From Auanema rhodensis (Eukaryota; Animalia; Nematoda): a DNA stretch of 64,000 bases. Made by a program: the position numbers and the translations under genes. The notes beneath the pieces are model-generated. The model ran no database searches. It was given only the letters and a program-made list of their open reading frames with translations, and was not told the DNA's origin. Within the stretch, counting starts at the first letter, position 1; every line of letters starts with the position of its first letter. The DNA is taken from the NCBI GenBank assembly GCA_964057225.1, contig OZ059899.1, positions 248,001 to 312,000 on the forward strand, read 5' to 3'. Positions 29,039 through 43,456 of the stretch are shown in pieces.

Positions 29039-30798
29039 CAATATCAATAAAAATTTGTTTTTAGACTAATATGGACATGGGGAATCTAATTTTGAAAACC
29101 GTATCTCTTTATCTTTCACGTGAAGCGAGTTACATACCAAGTGCACATCACGTGTACATTTAATTAGCATAAATTAAAGTTCACGTAAATTTCAAAGTCA
29201 TGGTTACCATGAACCAATATCAATAAAAATTTGTTTTTAGACTAATATGGACATGGGGAATCTAATTTTGAAAACCGCATCTCTTTATCTTTCACGTGAA
29301 GCGAGTTACATACCAAGTGCACATCACGTGTACATTTAATAAGCATAAATTAAAGTTCACGTAAATTTCAAAGTCATGGCTACCATGAACCAATATCAAT
29401 AAAAATTTGTTTTTAGACTAATATGGACATGATGAATCTAATTTTGAAAACCGCATCTCTTTATCTTTCACGTGAAGCGAGTTACATACCAAGTGCACAT
29501 CACGTGTACATTTAATTAGCATAAATTAAAGTTCACGTAAATTTCAAAGTCATGGTTACCATGAACCAATATCAATGAAAATTTGTTTTTAGACTAATAT
29601 GGACATGGGGAATCAAATTTTGAAAACCGCATCTCTTTATCTTTCACGTGAAGCGAGTTACATACCAAGTGCACATCACGTGTACATTTAATTAGCATAA
29701 ATCAAAGTTCACGTAAATTTCAAAGTCATGGTTACCATGAACCAATATCAATAAAAATTTGTTTTTAGACTAATATGGACATGTGGAATCTAATTTTGAA
29801 AACCGCATCTCTTTATCTTTCACGTGAAGCGAGTTACATACCAAGTGCACATCACGTGTACATTTAATTAGCATAAATCAAAGTTCACGTAAATTTCAAA
29901 GTCATGGTTACCATGAACCAATATCAATAAAAATTTGTTTTTAGACTAATATGGACATGGGGAATCTAATTTTGAAAACCGTATCTCTTTATCTTTCACG
30001 TGAAGCGAGTTACATACCAAGTGCACATCACGTGTACATTTAATTAGCATAAATTAAAGTTCACGTAAATTTCAAAGTCATGGTTACCATGAACCAATAT
30101 CAATAAAAATTTGTTTTTAGACTAATATGGACATGGGGAATCTAATTTTGAAAACCGCATCTCTTTATCTTTCACGTGAAGCGAGTTACATACCAAGTGC
30201 ACATCACGTGTACATTTAATAAGCATAAATTAAAGTTCACGTAAATTTCAAAGTCATGGCTACCATGAACCAATATCAATAAAAATTTGTTTTTAGACTA
30301 ATATGGACATGATGAATCTAATTTTGAAAACCGCATCTCTTTATCTTTCACGTGAAGCGAGTTACATACCAAGTGCACATCACGTGTACATTTAATTAGC
30401 ATAAATTAAAGTTCACGTAAATTTCAAAGTCATGGTTACCATGAACCAATATCAATGAAAATTTGTTTTTAGACTAATATGGACATGGGGAATCAAATTT
30501 TGAAAACCGCATCTCTTTATCTTTCACGTGAAGCGAGTTACATACCAAGTGCACATCACGTGTACATTTAATTAGCATAAATCAAAGTTCACGTAAATTT
30601 CAAAGTCATGGTTACCATGAACCAATATCAATAAAAATTTGTTTTTAGACTAATATGGACATGTGGAATCTAATTTTGAAAACCGCATCTCTTTATCTTT
30701 CACGTGAAGCGAGTTACATACCAAGTGCACATCACGTGTACATTTAATTAGCATAAATCAAAGTTCACGTAAATTTCAAAGTCATGGTTACCATGAAC
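29039..30798 (+). repeat. 5-monomer (880 bp) tandem duplication
   Basis: GGCTACC at 29380/30260, ATGTGG at 29784/30664, CGTATC at about 29102/29982. Confidence 0.93.
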
Positions 30799-33700
30799 CA
30801 ATATCAATAAAAATTTGTTTTTAGACTAATATGGACATGAGGAATCTAATTTTGAAAACCGCATCTCTTTATCTTTCACGTGAAGCGAGTTACATACCAA
30901 GTGCACATCACGTGTACATTTAATTAGCATAAATTAAAGTTCACGTAAATTTCAAAGTCATGGTTACCATGCACCAATATCAATAAAAATTTGTTTTTAG
31001 ACTAATATGGACATGGGGAATCTAATTTTGAAAATCGCATCTCTTTATCTTTCACGTGAAGCGAGTTACATACCAAGTGCACATCACGTGTACATTTAAT
31101 TAGCATAAATTAAAGTTCACGTAAATTTCAAAGTCATGGTTACCATGCACCAATATCAATAAAAATTTGTTTTTAGACTAATATGGACATGGGGAATCTA
31201 ATTTTGAAAACCGCATCTCTTTATCTTTCACGTGAAGCGAGTTACATACCAAGTGCACATCACGTGTACATTTAATTAGCATGAATTAAAGTTCACGTAA
31301 ATTTCAAAGTCATGGTTACCATGCACCAATATCAATAAAAATTTGTTTTTAGACTAATATGGACATGGGGAATCTAATTTTGAAAACCGCATCTCTTTAT
31401 CTTTCACGTGAAGCGAGTTACATACCAAGTGCACATCACGTGTACATTTAATTAGCATAAATTAAAGTTCACGTAAATTTCAAAGTCATGGTTACCATGC
31501 ACCAATATCAATAAAAATTTGTTTTTAGACTAATATGGACATGGGGAATCTTATTTTGAAAACCGCATCTCTTTATCTTTCACGTGAAGCGAGTTACATA
31601 CCAAGTGCACATCACGTGTACATTTAATTAGCATAAATTAAAGATCACGTAAATTTCAAAGTCATGGTTACCATGCACCAATATCAATAAAAATTTGTTT
31701 TTAGACTAATATGGACATGAGGAATCTAATTTTGAAAACCGCATCTCTTTATCTTTCACGTGAAGCGAGTTACATACCAAGTGCACATCACGTGTACATT
31801 TAATTAGCATAAATTAAAGTTCACGTAAATTTCAAAGTCATGGTTACCATGCACCAATATCAATAAAAATTTGTTTTTAGACTAATATGGACATGAGGAA
31901 TCTAATTTTGAAAACCGCATCTCTCTATCTTTCACGTGAAGCGAGTTACATACCAAGTGCACATCACGTGTACATTTAGTTAGCATAAATCAAAGTTCAC
32001 GTAAATTTCAAAGTCATGGTTACCATGAACCAATATCAATAAAAATTTGTTTTTAGACTAATATGGACATGGGGAATCTTATTTTGAAAACCGCATCTCT
32101 TTATCTTTCACGTGAAGCGAGTTACATACCAAGTGCACATCACGTGTACATTTAGTTAGCATAAATCAAAGTTCACGTAAATTTCAAAGTCATGGTTACC
32201 ATGAACCAATATCAATAAAAATTTGTTTTTAGACTAATATGGACATGAGGAATCTAATTTTGAAAACCGCATCTCTTTATCTTTCACGTGAAGCGAGTTA
32301 CATACCAAGTGCACATCACGTGTACATTTAATTAGCATAAATTAAAGTTCACGTAAATTTCAAAGTCATGGTTACCATGCACCAATATCAATAAAAATTT
32401 GTTTTTAGACTAATATGGACATGGGGAATCTTATTTTGAAAACCGCATCTCTTTATCTTTCACGTGAAGCGAGTTACATACCAAGTGCACATCACGTGTA
32501 CATTTAATTAGCATAAATTAAAGTTCACGTAAATTTCAAAGTCATGGTTACCATGCACCAATATCAATATAATTTGTTTTTAGACTAATATGGACATGGG
32601 GAATCTAATTTTGAAAACCGCATCTCTTTATCTTTCACGTGAAGCGAGTTACATACCAAGTGCACATCACGTGTACATTTAATTAGCATAAATTAAAGTT
32701 CACGTAAATTTCAAAGTCATGGTTACCATGCACCAATATCAATAAAAATTTGTTTTTAGACTAATATGGACATGAGGAATCTAATTTTGAAAACCGCATC
32801 TCTTTATCTTTCACGTGAAGCGAGTTACATACCAAGTGCACATCACGTGTACATTTAATTAGCATAAATTAAAGTTCACGTAAATTTCAAAGTCATGGTT
32901 ACCATGAACCAATATCAATAAAAATTTGTTTTTTGACTAATATGGACATGGGGAATCTAATTTTGAAAACCGCATCTCTTTATCTTTCACGTGAAGCGAG
33001 TTACATACCAAGTGCACATCACGTGTACATTTAATTAGCATAAATTAAAGTTCACGTAAATTTCAAAGTCATGGTTACCATGCACCAATATCAATATAAT
33101 TTGTTTTTAGACTAATATGGACATGGGGAATCTAATTTTGAAAACCGCATCTCTTTATCTTTCACGTGAAGCGAGTTACATACCAAGTGCACATCACGTG
33201 TACATTTAATTAGCATAAATTAAAGTTCACGTAAATTTCAAAGTCATGGTTACCATGCACCAATATCAATAAAAATTTGTTTTTAGACTAATATGGACAT
33301 GGGGAATCTTATTTTGAAAACCGCATTTCTTTATCTTTCACGTGAAGCGAGTTACATACCAAGTGCACATCACGTGTACATTTAATTAGCATAAATTAAA
33401 GTTCACGTAAATTTCAAAGTCATGGTTACCATGCACCAATATCAATATAATTTGTTTTTAGACTAATATGGACATGAGGAATCTAATTTTGAAAACCGCA
33501 TCTCTTTATCTTTCACGTGAAGCGAGTTACATACCAAGTGCACATCACGTGTACATTTAATTAGCATAAATTAAAGTTCACGTAAATTTCAAAGTCATGG
33601 TTGCCATGCACCAATATCAATAAAAATTTGTTTTTAGACTAATATGGACATGGGGAATCTTATTTTGAAAACCGCATCTCTTTATCTTTCACGTGAAGCG

Positions 33701-36700
33701 AGTTACATACCAAGTGCACATCACGTGTACATTTAATTAGCATAAATTAAAGTTCACGTAAATTTCAAAGTCATGGTTACCATGCACCAATATCAATATA
33801 ATTTGTTTTTAGACTAATATGGACATGGGGAATCTAATTTTGAAAACCGCATCTCTTTATCTTTCACGTGAAGCGAGTTACATACCAAGTGCACATCACG
33901 TGTACATTTAATTAGCATAAATTAAAGTTCACGTAAATTTCAAAGTCATGGTTACCATGCACCAATATCAATATAATTTGTTTTTAGACTAATATGGACA
34001 TGGGGAATCTAATTTTGAAAACCGCATCTCTTTATCTTTCACGTGAAGCGAGTTACATACCAAGTGCACATCACGTGTACATTTAATTAGCATAAATTAA
34101 AGTTCACGTAAATTTCAAAGTCATGGTTACCATGCACCAATATCAATAAATATTTGTTTTTAGACTAATATGGACATGAGGAATCTAATTTTGAAAACCG
34201 CATCTCTTTATCTTTCACGTGAAGCGAGTTACATACCAAGTGCACATCACGTGTACATTTAATTAGCATAAATTAAAGTTCACGTAAATTTCAAAGTCAT
34301 GGTTACCATGCACCAATATCAATATAATTTGTTTTTAGACTAATATGGACATGGGGAATCTAATTTTGAAAACCGCATCTCTTTATCTTTCACGTGAAGC
34401 GAGTTACATACCAAGTGCACATCACGTGTACATTTAATTAGCATAAATTAAAGTTCACGTAAATTTCAAAGTCATGGTTACCATGCACCAATATCAATAT
34501 AATTTGTTTTTAGACTAATATGGACATGGGGAATCTAATTTTGAAAACCGCATCTCTTTATCTTTCACGTGAAGCGAGTTACATACCAAGTGCACATCAC
34601 GTGTACATTTAATTAGCATAAATTAAAGTTCACGTAAATTTCAAAGTCATGGTTACCATGCACCAATATCAATAAATATTCGTTTTTAGACTAATATGGA
34701 CATGAGGAATCTAATTTTGAAAACCGCATCTCTTTATCTTTCACGTGAAGCGAGTTACATACCAAGTGCACATCACGTGTACATTTAATTAGCATAAATT
34801 AAAGTTCACGTAAATTTCAAAGTCGTGGTTACCATGCACCAATATCATTAAAAATTCGTTTTTAGACTAATATGGACATGGGGAATCTAATTTTGAAAAC
34901 CGCATCTCTTTATCTTTCACGTGAAGCGAGTTACATACCAAGTGCACATCACGTGTACGTTCAATTAGCATAAATTAAAGTTCACGTAAATTTCAAAGTC
35001 ATGGTTACCATGCACCAATATCAATAAAAATTTGTTTTTAGACTAATATGGACATGGGGAATCTAATTTTGAAAACTGCATCTCTTTATCTTTCACGTGA
35101 AGCGAGTTACATACCAAGTGCACATCACGTGTACATTTAATTAGCATAAATTAAAGTTCACGTAAATTTCAAAGTCATGGTTACCATGCACCAATATCAA
35201 TAAAAAATTGTTTTCAGACTAATATGGACATGGGGAATCTAATTTTGAAAACCGCATCTCTTTATCTTTCACGTGAAGCGAGTTACATACCAAGTGCACA
35301 TCACGTGTACATTTAATTAGCATAAATTAAAGTTCACGTAAATTTCAAAGTCATGGTTACCATGCACCAATATCAATAAAAAATTGTTTTTAGACTAATA
35401 TGGACATGGGGAATCTAATTTTGAAAACTGCATCTCTTTATCTTTCACGTGAAGCGAGTTACATACCAAGTGCACATCACGTGTACATTTAATTAGCATA
35501 AATTAAAGTTCACGTAAATTTCAAAGTCATGGTTACCATGCACCAATATCAATAAAAATTTGTTTTTAGACTAATATGGACATGGGCAATCTAATTTTGA
35601 GAACCGCATCTCTTTATCTTTCACGTGAAGCGAGTTACATACCAAGTGCACATCACGTGTACATTAAATTAGCATAAATTAAAGTTCACGTAAATTTCAA
35701 AGTCATGGTTACCATGCACCAATATCAATAAAAATTTGTTTTTAGACTAATATGGACATGGGGAATCTAATTTTGAAAACCGCATCTCTTTATCTTTCGC
35801 GTGAAGCGAGTTACATACTAAGTGCACATCACGTGTACATTTAATTAGCATAAATTTAAGTTCACGTAAATTTCAAAGTCATGGTTACCATGCACCAATA
35901 TCAATAAAAATTTGTTTTTAGACTAATATGGACATGGGGAATCTAATTTTGAAAACCGCATCTCTTTATCTTTCACGTGAAGCGAGTTACATACCAAGTG
36001 CACATCACGTGTACATTTAATTAGCATGAATTAAAGTTCACGTAAATTTCAAAGTCATGGTTACCATGCACCAATATCAATAAAAATTTGTTTTTAGACT
36101 AATATGGACATGGGGAATCTAATTTTGAAAACCGCATCTCTTTATCTTTCACGTGAAGCGAGTTACATACCAAGTGCACATCACGTGTACATTTAATTAG
36201 CATAAATTAAAGTTCACGTAAATTTCAAAGTCATGGTTACCATGCACCAATATCAATAAAAATTTGTTTTTAGACTAATATGGACATGGGGAATCTTATT
36301 TTGAAAACCGCATCTCTTTATCTTTCACGTGAAGCGAGTTACATACCAAGTGCACATCACGTGTACATTTAATTAGCATAAATCAAAGTTCACGTAAATT
36401 TCAAAGTCATGGTTACCATGAACCAATATCAATAAAAATTTGTTTTTAGACTAATATGGACATGAGGAATCTAATTTTGAAAACCGCATCTCTTTATCTT
36501 TCACGTGAAGCGAGTTACATACCAAGTGCACATCACGTGTACATTTAATTAGCATAAATTAAAGATCACGTAAATTTCAAAGTCATGGTTACCATGCACC
36601 AATATCAATAAAAATTTGTTTTTAGACTAATATGGACATGAGGAATCTAATTTTGAAAACCGCATCTCTTTATCTTTCACGTGAAGCGAGTTACATACCA

Positions 36701-39234
36701 AGTGCACATCACGTGTACATTTAATTAGCATAAATTAAAGTTCACGTAAATTTCAAAGTCATGGTTACCATGAACCAATATCAATAAAAATTTGTTTTTA
36801 GACTAATATGGACATGAGGAATCTAATTTTGAAAACCGCATCTCTTTATCTTTCACGTGAAGCGAGTTACATACCAAGTGCACATCACGTGTACATTTAA
36901 TTAGCATAAATTAAAGTTCACGTAAATTTCAAAGTCATGGTTACCATGCACCAATATTAATAAAAATTTGTTTTTAGACTAATATGGACATGGGGAATCT
37001 TATTTTGAAAACCGCATCTCTTTATCTTTCACGTGAAGCGAGTTACATACCAAGTGCACATCACGTGTACATTTAATTAGCATAAATTAAAGTTCACGTA
37101 AATTTCAAAGTCATGGTTACCATGCACCAATATCAATATAATTTGTTTTTAGACTAATATGGACATGGGGAATCTAATTTTGAAAACCGCATCTCTTTAT
37201 CTTTCACGTGAAGCGAGTTACATACCAAGTGCACATCACGTGTACATTTAATTAGCATAAATTAAAGTTCACGTAAATTTCAAAGTCATGGTTACCATGC
37301 ACCAATATCAATATAATTTGTTTTTAGACTAATATGGACATGGGGAATCTAATTTTGAAAACCGCATCTCTTTATCTTTCACGTGAAGCGAGTTACATAC
37401 CAAGTGCACATCACGTGTACATTTAATTAGCATAAATTAAAGTTCACGTAAATTTCAAAGTCATGGTTACCATGCACCAATATCAATAAATATTTGTTTT
37501 TAGACTAATATGGACATGAGGAATCTAATTTTGAAAACCGCATCTCTTTATCTTTCACGTGAAGCGAGTTACATACCAAGTGCACATCACGTGTACATTT
37601 AATTAGCATAAATTAAAGTTCACGTAAATTTCAAAGTCATGGTTACCATGCACCAATATCAATATAATTTGTTTTTAGACTAATATGGACATGGGGAATC
37701 TAATTTTGAAAACCGCATCTCTTTATCTTTCACGTGAAGCGAGTTACATACCAAGTGCACATCACGTGTACATTTAATTAGCATAAATTAAAGTTCACGT
37801 AAATTTCAAAGTCATGGTTACCATGCACCAATATCAATAAAAATTTGTTTTTAGACTAATATGGACATGAGGAATCTAATTTTGAAAACCGCATCTCTTT
37901 ATCTTTCACGTGAAGCGAGTTACATACCAAGTGCACATCACGTGTACATTTAATTAGCATAAATTAAAGTTCACGTAAATTTCAAAGTCATGGTTACCAT
38001 GAACCAATATCAATAAAAATTTGTTTTTTGACTAATATGGACATGGGGAATCTAATTTTGAAAACCGCATCTCTTTATCTTTCACGTGAAGCGAGTTACA
38101 TACCAAGTGCACATCACGTGTACATTTAATTAGCATAAATTAAAGTTCACGTAAATTTCAAAGTCATGGTTACCATGCACCAATATCAATATAATTTGTT
38201 TTTAGACTAATATGGACATGGGGAATCTAATTTTGAAAACCGCATCTCTTTATCTTTCACGTGAAGCGAGTTACATACCAAGTGCACATCACGTGTACAT
38301 TTAATTAGCATAAATTAAAGTTCACGTAAATTTCAAAGTCATGGTTACCATGCACCAATATCAATAAAAATTTGTTTTTAGACTAATATGGACATGGGGA
38401 ATCTAATTTTGAAAACCGCATCTCTTTATCTTTCACGTGAAGCGAGTTACATACCAAGTGCACATCACGTGTACATTTAATTAGCATAAATTAAAGTTCA
38501 CGTAAATTTCAAAGTCATGGTTACCATGCACCAATATCAATATATTTTGTTTTTAGACTAATATGGACATGGGGAATCTAATTTTGAAAACCGCATCTCT
38601 TTATCTTTCACGTGAAGCGAGTGACATACCAAGTGCACATCACGTGTACATTTAATTAGCATAAATTAAAGTTCACGTAAATTTCAAAGTCATGGTTACC
38701 ATGCACCAATATCAATAAAAATTTGTTTTTAGACTAATATGGACATGAGGAATCTAATTTTGAAAACCGCATCTCTTTATCTTTCACGTGAAGCGAGTTA
38801 CATACCAAGTGCACATCACGTGTACATTTAATTAGCATAAATTAAAGTTCACGTAAATTTCAAAGTCATGGTTACCATGAACCAATATCAATAAAAATTT
38901 GTTTTTTGACTAATATGGACATGGGGAATCTAATTTTGAAAACCGCATCTCTTTATCTTTCACGTGAAGCGAGTCACATACCAAGTGCACATCACGTGTA
39001 CATTTAATTAGCATAAATTAAAGTTCACGTAAATTTCAAAGTCATGGTTACCATGCACCAATATCAATAAAAATTTGTTTTTAGACTAATATGGACATGA
39101 GGAATCTAATTTTGAAAACCGCATCTCTTTATCTTTCACGTGAAGCGAGTTACATACCAAGTGCACATCACGTGTACATTTAATTAGCATAAATTAAAGT
39201 TCACGTAAATTTCAAAGTCATGGTTACCATGCAC

Positions 39235-42048
39235 CAATATCAATAAAAATTTGTTTTTAGACTAATATGGACATGAGGAATCTAATTTTGAAAACTGCAT
39301 CTCTCTATCTTTCACGTGAAGCGAGTTACATACCAAGGGCACATCACGTGTACATTTAATTAGCATAAATTAAAGTTCACGTAAATTTCAAAGTCATGGT
39401 TACCATGAACCAATATCAATAAAAATTTGTTTTTAGACTAATATGGACATGGGGAATCTAATTTTGAAAACCGCATCTCTTTATCTTTCACGTGAAGCGA
39501 GTTACATACCAAGTGCACATCACGTGTACATTTAATTAGCATAAATTAAAGTTCACGTAAATTTCAAAGTCATGGTTACCATGCACCAATATCAATAAAA
39601 ATTTGTTTTTAGACTAATATGGACATGGGGAATCTAATTTTGAAAACCGCATCTCTTTATCTTTCACGTGAAGCGAGTTACATACCAAATGCACATCAAG
39701 TGTACATTTAATTAGCATAAATTAAAGTTCACGTAAATTTCAAAGTCATGGTTACCATGCACCAATATCAATAAAAATTTTTTTTAGACTAATATGGACA
39801 TGGGGAATCTAATTTTGAAAACCGCATCTCTTTATCTTTCACGTGAAGCGAGTTACATACCAAGTGCACATCACGTGTACATTTAATTAGCATAAATTAA
39901 AGTTCACGTAAATTTCAAAGTCATGGTTACCATGCACCAATATCAATAAAAATTTGTTTTTAGACTAATATGGACATGAGGAATCTAATTTTGAAAACCG
40001 CATCTCTTTATCTTTCACGTGAAGCGAGTTACACACTAAGTGCACATCACGTGTACATTTAATTAGCATAAATTAAAGTTCACGTAAATTTCAAAGTCAT
40101 GGTTACCATGCACCAATATCAATAAAAATTTGTTTTTAGACTAATATGGACATGGGGAATCTAATTTTGAAAACCGCATCTCTTTATCTTTCACGTGAAG
40201 CGAGTTACATACCAAGTGCACATCACGTGTACATTTAATTAGCATAAATTAAAGTTCACGTAAATTTCAAAGTCATGGTTACCATGCACCAATATCAATA
40301 AAAATTTGTTTTTAGACTAATATGGACATGAGGAATCTAATTTTGAAAACCGCATCTCTTTATCTTTCACGTGAAGCGAGTTACATACCAAGTGCACATC
40401 ACGTGTACATTTAATTAGCATAAATTAAAGTTCACGTAAATTTCAAAGTCATGGTTACCATGAACCAATATCAATAAAAATTTGTTTTTTGACTAATATG
40501 GACATGGGGAATCTAATTTTGAAAACCGCATCTCTTTATCTTTCACGTGAAGCGAGTTACATACCAAGTGCACATCACGTGTACATTTAATTAGCATAAA
40601 TTAAAGTTCACGTAAATTTCAAAGTCATGGTTACCATGCACCAATATCAATAAAAATTTGTTTTTAGACTAATATGGACATGAGGAATCTAATTTTGAAA
40701 ACTGCATCTCTCTATCTTTCACGTGAAGCGAGTTACATACCAAGGGCACATCACGTGTACATTTAATTAGCATAAATTAAAGTTCACGTAAATTTCAAAG
40801 TCATGGTTACCATGAACCAATATCAATAAAAATTTGTTTTTAGACTAATATGGACATGGGGAATCTAATTTTGAAAACCGCATCTCTTTATCTTTCACGT
40901 GAAGCGAGTTACATACCAAGTGCACATCACGTGTACATTTAATTAGCATAAATTAAAGTTCACGTAAATTTCAAAGTCATGGTTACCATGCACCAATATC
41001 AATAAAAATTTGTTTTTAGACTAATATGGACATGGGGAATCTAATTTTGAAAACCGCATCTCTTTATCTTTCACGTGAAGCGAGTTACATACCAAATGCA
41101 CATCAAGTGTACATTTAATTAGCATAAATTAAAGTTCACGTAAATTTCAAAGTCATGGTTACCATGCACCAATATCAATAAAAATTTTTTTTAGACTAAT
41201 ATGGACATGGGGAATCTAATTTTGAAAACCGCATCTCTTTATCTTTCACGTGAAGCGAGTTACATACCAAGTGCACATCACGTGTACATTTAATTAGCAT
41301 AAATTAAAGTTCACGTAAATTTCAAAGTCATGGTTACCATGCACCAATATCAATAAAAATTTGTTTTTAGACTAATATGGACATGAGGAATCTAATTTTG
41401 AAAACCGCATCTCTTTATCTTTCACGTGAAGCGAGTTACACACTAAGTGCACATCACGTGTACATTTAATTAGCATAAATTAAAGTTCACGTAAATTTCA
41501 AAGTCATGGTTACCATGCACCAATATCAATAAAAATTTGTTTTTAGACTAATATGGACATGGGGAATCTAATTTTGAAAACCGCATCTCTTTATCTTTCA
41601 CGTGAAGCGAGTTACATACCAAGTGCACATCACGTGTACATTTAATTAGCATAAATTAAAGTTCACGTAAATTTCAAAGTCATGGTTACCATGCACCAAT
41701 ATCAATAAAAATTTGTTTTTAGACTAATATGGACATGAGGAATCTAATTTTGAAAACCGCATCTCTTTATCTTTCACGTGAAGCGAGTTACATACCAAGT
41801 GCACATCACGTGTACATTTAATTAGCATAAATTAAAGTTCACGTAAATTTCAAAGTCATGGTTACCATGAACCAATATCAATAAAAATTTGTTTTTTGAC
41901 TAATATGGACATGGGGAATCTAATTTTGAAAACCGCATCTCTTTATCTTTCACGTGAAGCGAGTTACATACCAAGTGCACATCACGTGTACATTTAATTA
42001 GCATAAATTAAAGTTCACGTAAATTTCAAAGTCATGGTTACCATGCAC
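39235..42048 (+). repeat. 8-monomer (1407 bp) tandem duplication
   Basis: AAACTGC+CTCTCTA+AAGGGC monomer at 39235 and 40642. AAATGC+TCAAGTG, a 1-bp G deletion in TTTGTTTTT, and CACACTAAG all repeat at offset 1407. Confidence 0.93.
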
Positions 42049-43456
42049 CAATATCAATAAAAATGTGTTTTTAGACTAATATGGACATGAGGAATCTAAT
42101 TTTGAAAACCGCATCTCTTTATCTTTCACGTGAAGCGAGTTACATACCAAGTGCACATCACGTGTACATTTAATTAGCATAAATTAAAGTTCACGTAAAT
42201 TTCAAAGTCATGGTTACCATGCACCAATATCAATAAAAATTTGTTTTTAGACTAATATGGACATGAGGAATCTAATTTTGAAAACCGCATCTCTTTATCT
42301 TTCACGTGAAGCGAGTTACATACCAAGTGCACATCACGTGTACATTTAATTAGCATAAATTAAAGTTCACGTAAATTTCAAAGTCATGGTTACCATGCAC
42401 CAATATCAATAAAAATTTGTTTTTAGACTAATATGGACATGAGGAATCTAATTTTGAAAACCGCATCTCTTTATCTTTCACGTGAAGCGATTTACATACC
42501 AAGTGCACATCACGTGTACATCTAATTAGCATAAATTAAAGTTCACGTAAATTTCAAAGTCGTGGTTACCATGCACCAATATCATTAAAAATTCGTTTTT
42601 AGACTAATATGGACATGGGGAATCTAATTTTGAAAACCGCATCTCTTTATCTTTCACGTGAAGCGAGTTACATACCAAGTGCACATCACGTGTACATTTA
42701 ATTAGCATAAATTAAAGTTCACGTAAATTTCAAAGTCATGGTTACCATGCACCAATATCAATAAAAATTTGTTTTTAGACTAATATGGACATGGGGAATC
42801 TAATTTTGAAAACCGCATCTCTTTATCTTTCACGTGAAGCGAGTTACATACCAAGTGCACATCACGTGTACATTTAATTAGCATAAATTAAAGTTCACGT
42901 AAATTTCAAAGTCGTGGTTACCATGCACCAATATCAATAAAAATTCGTTTTTAGACTAATATGGACATGGGGAATCTAACTTTGAAAACCGCATCTCTTT
43001 ATCTTTCACGTGAAGCGAGTTACATACCAAGTGCACATCACGTGTACATTTAATTAGCATAAATTAAAGTTCACTTAAATTTCAAAGTCATGGTTACCAT
43101 GCACCAATATCAATAAAAATTTGTTTTTAGACTAATATGGACATGAGGAATCTAATTTTGAAAACCGCATCTCTTTATCTTTCACGTGAAGCGAGTTACA
43201 TACCAAGTGCACATCACGTGTACATTTAATTAGCATAAATTAAAGTTCACGTAAATTTCAAAGTCATGGTTACCATGCACCAATATCAATAAAAATTTGT
43301 TTTTAGACTAATATGGACATGGGCAATCTAATTTTGAGAACCGCATCTCTTTATCTTTCACGTGAAGCGAGTTACATACCAAGTGCACATCACGTGTACA
43401 TTTAATTAGCATAAATTAAAGTTCACGTAAATTTCAAAGTCATGGTTACCATGCAC

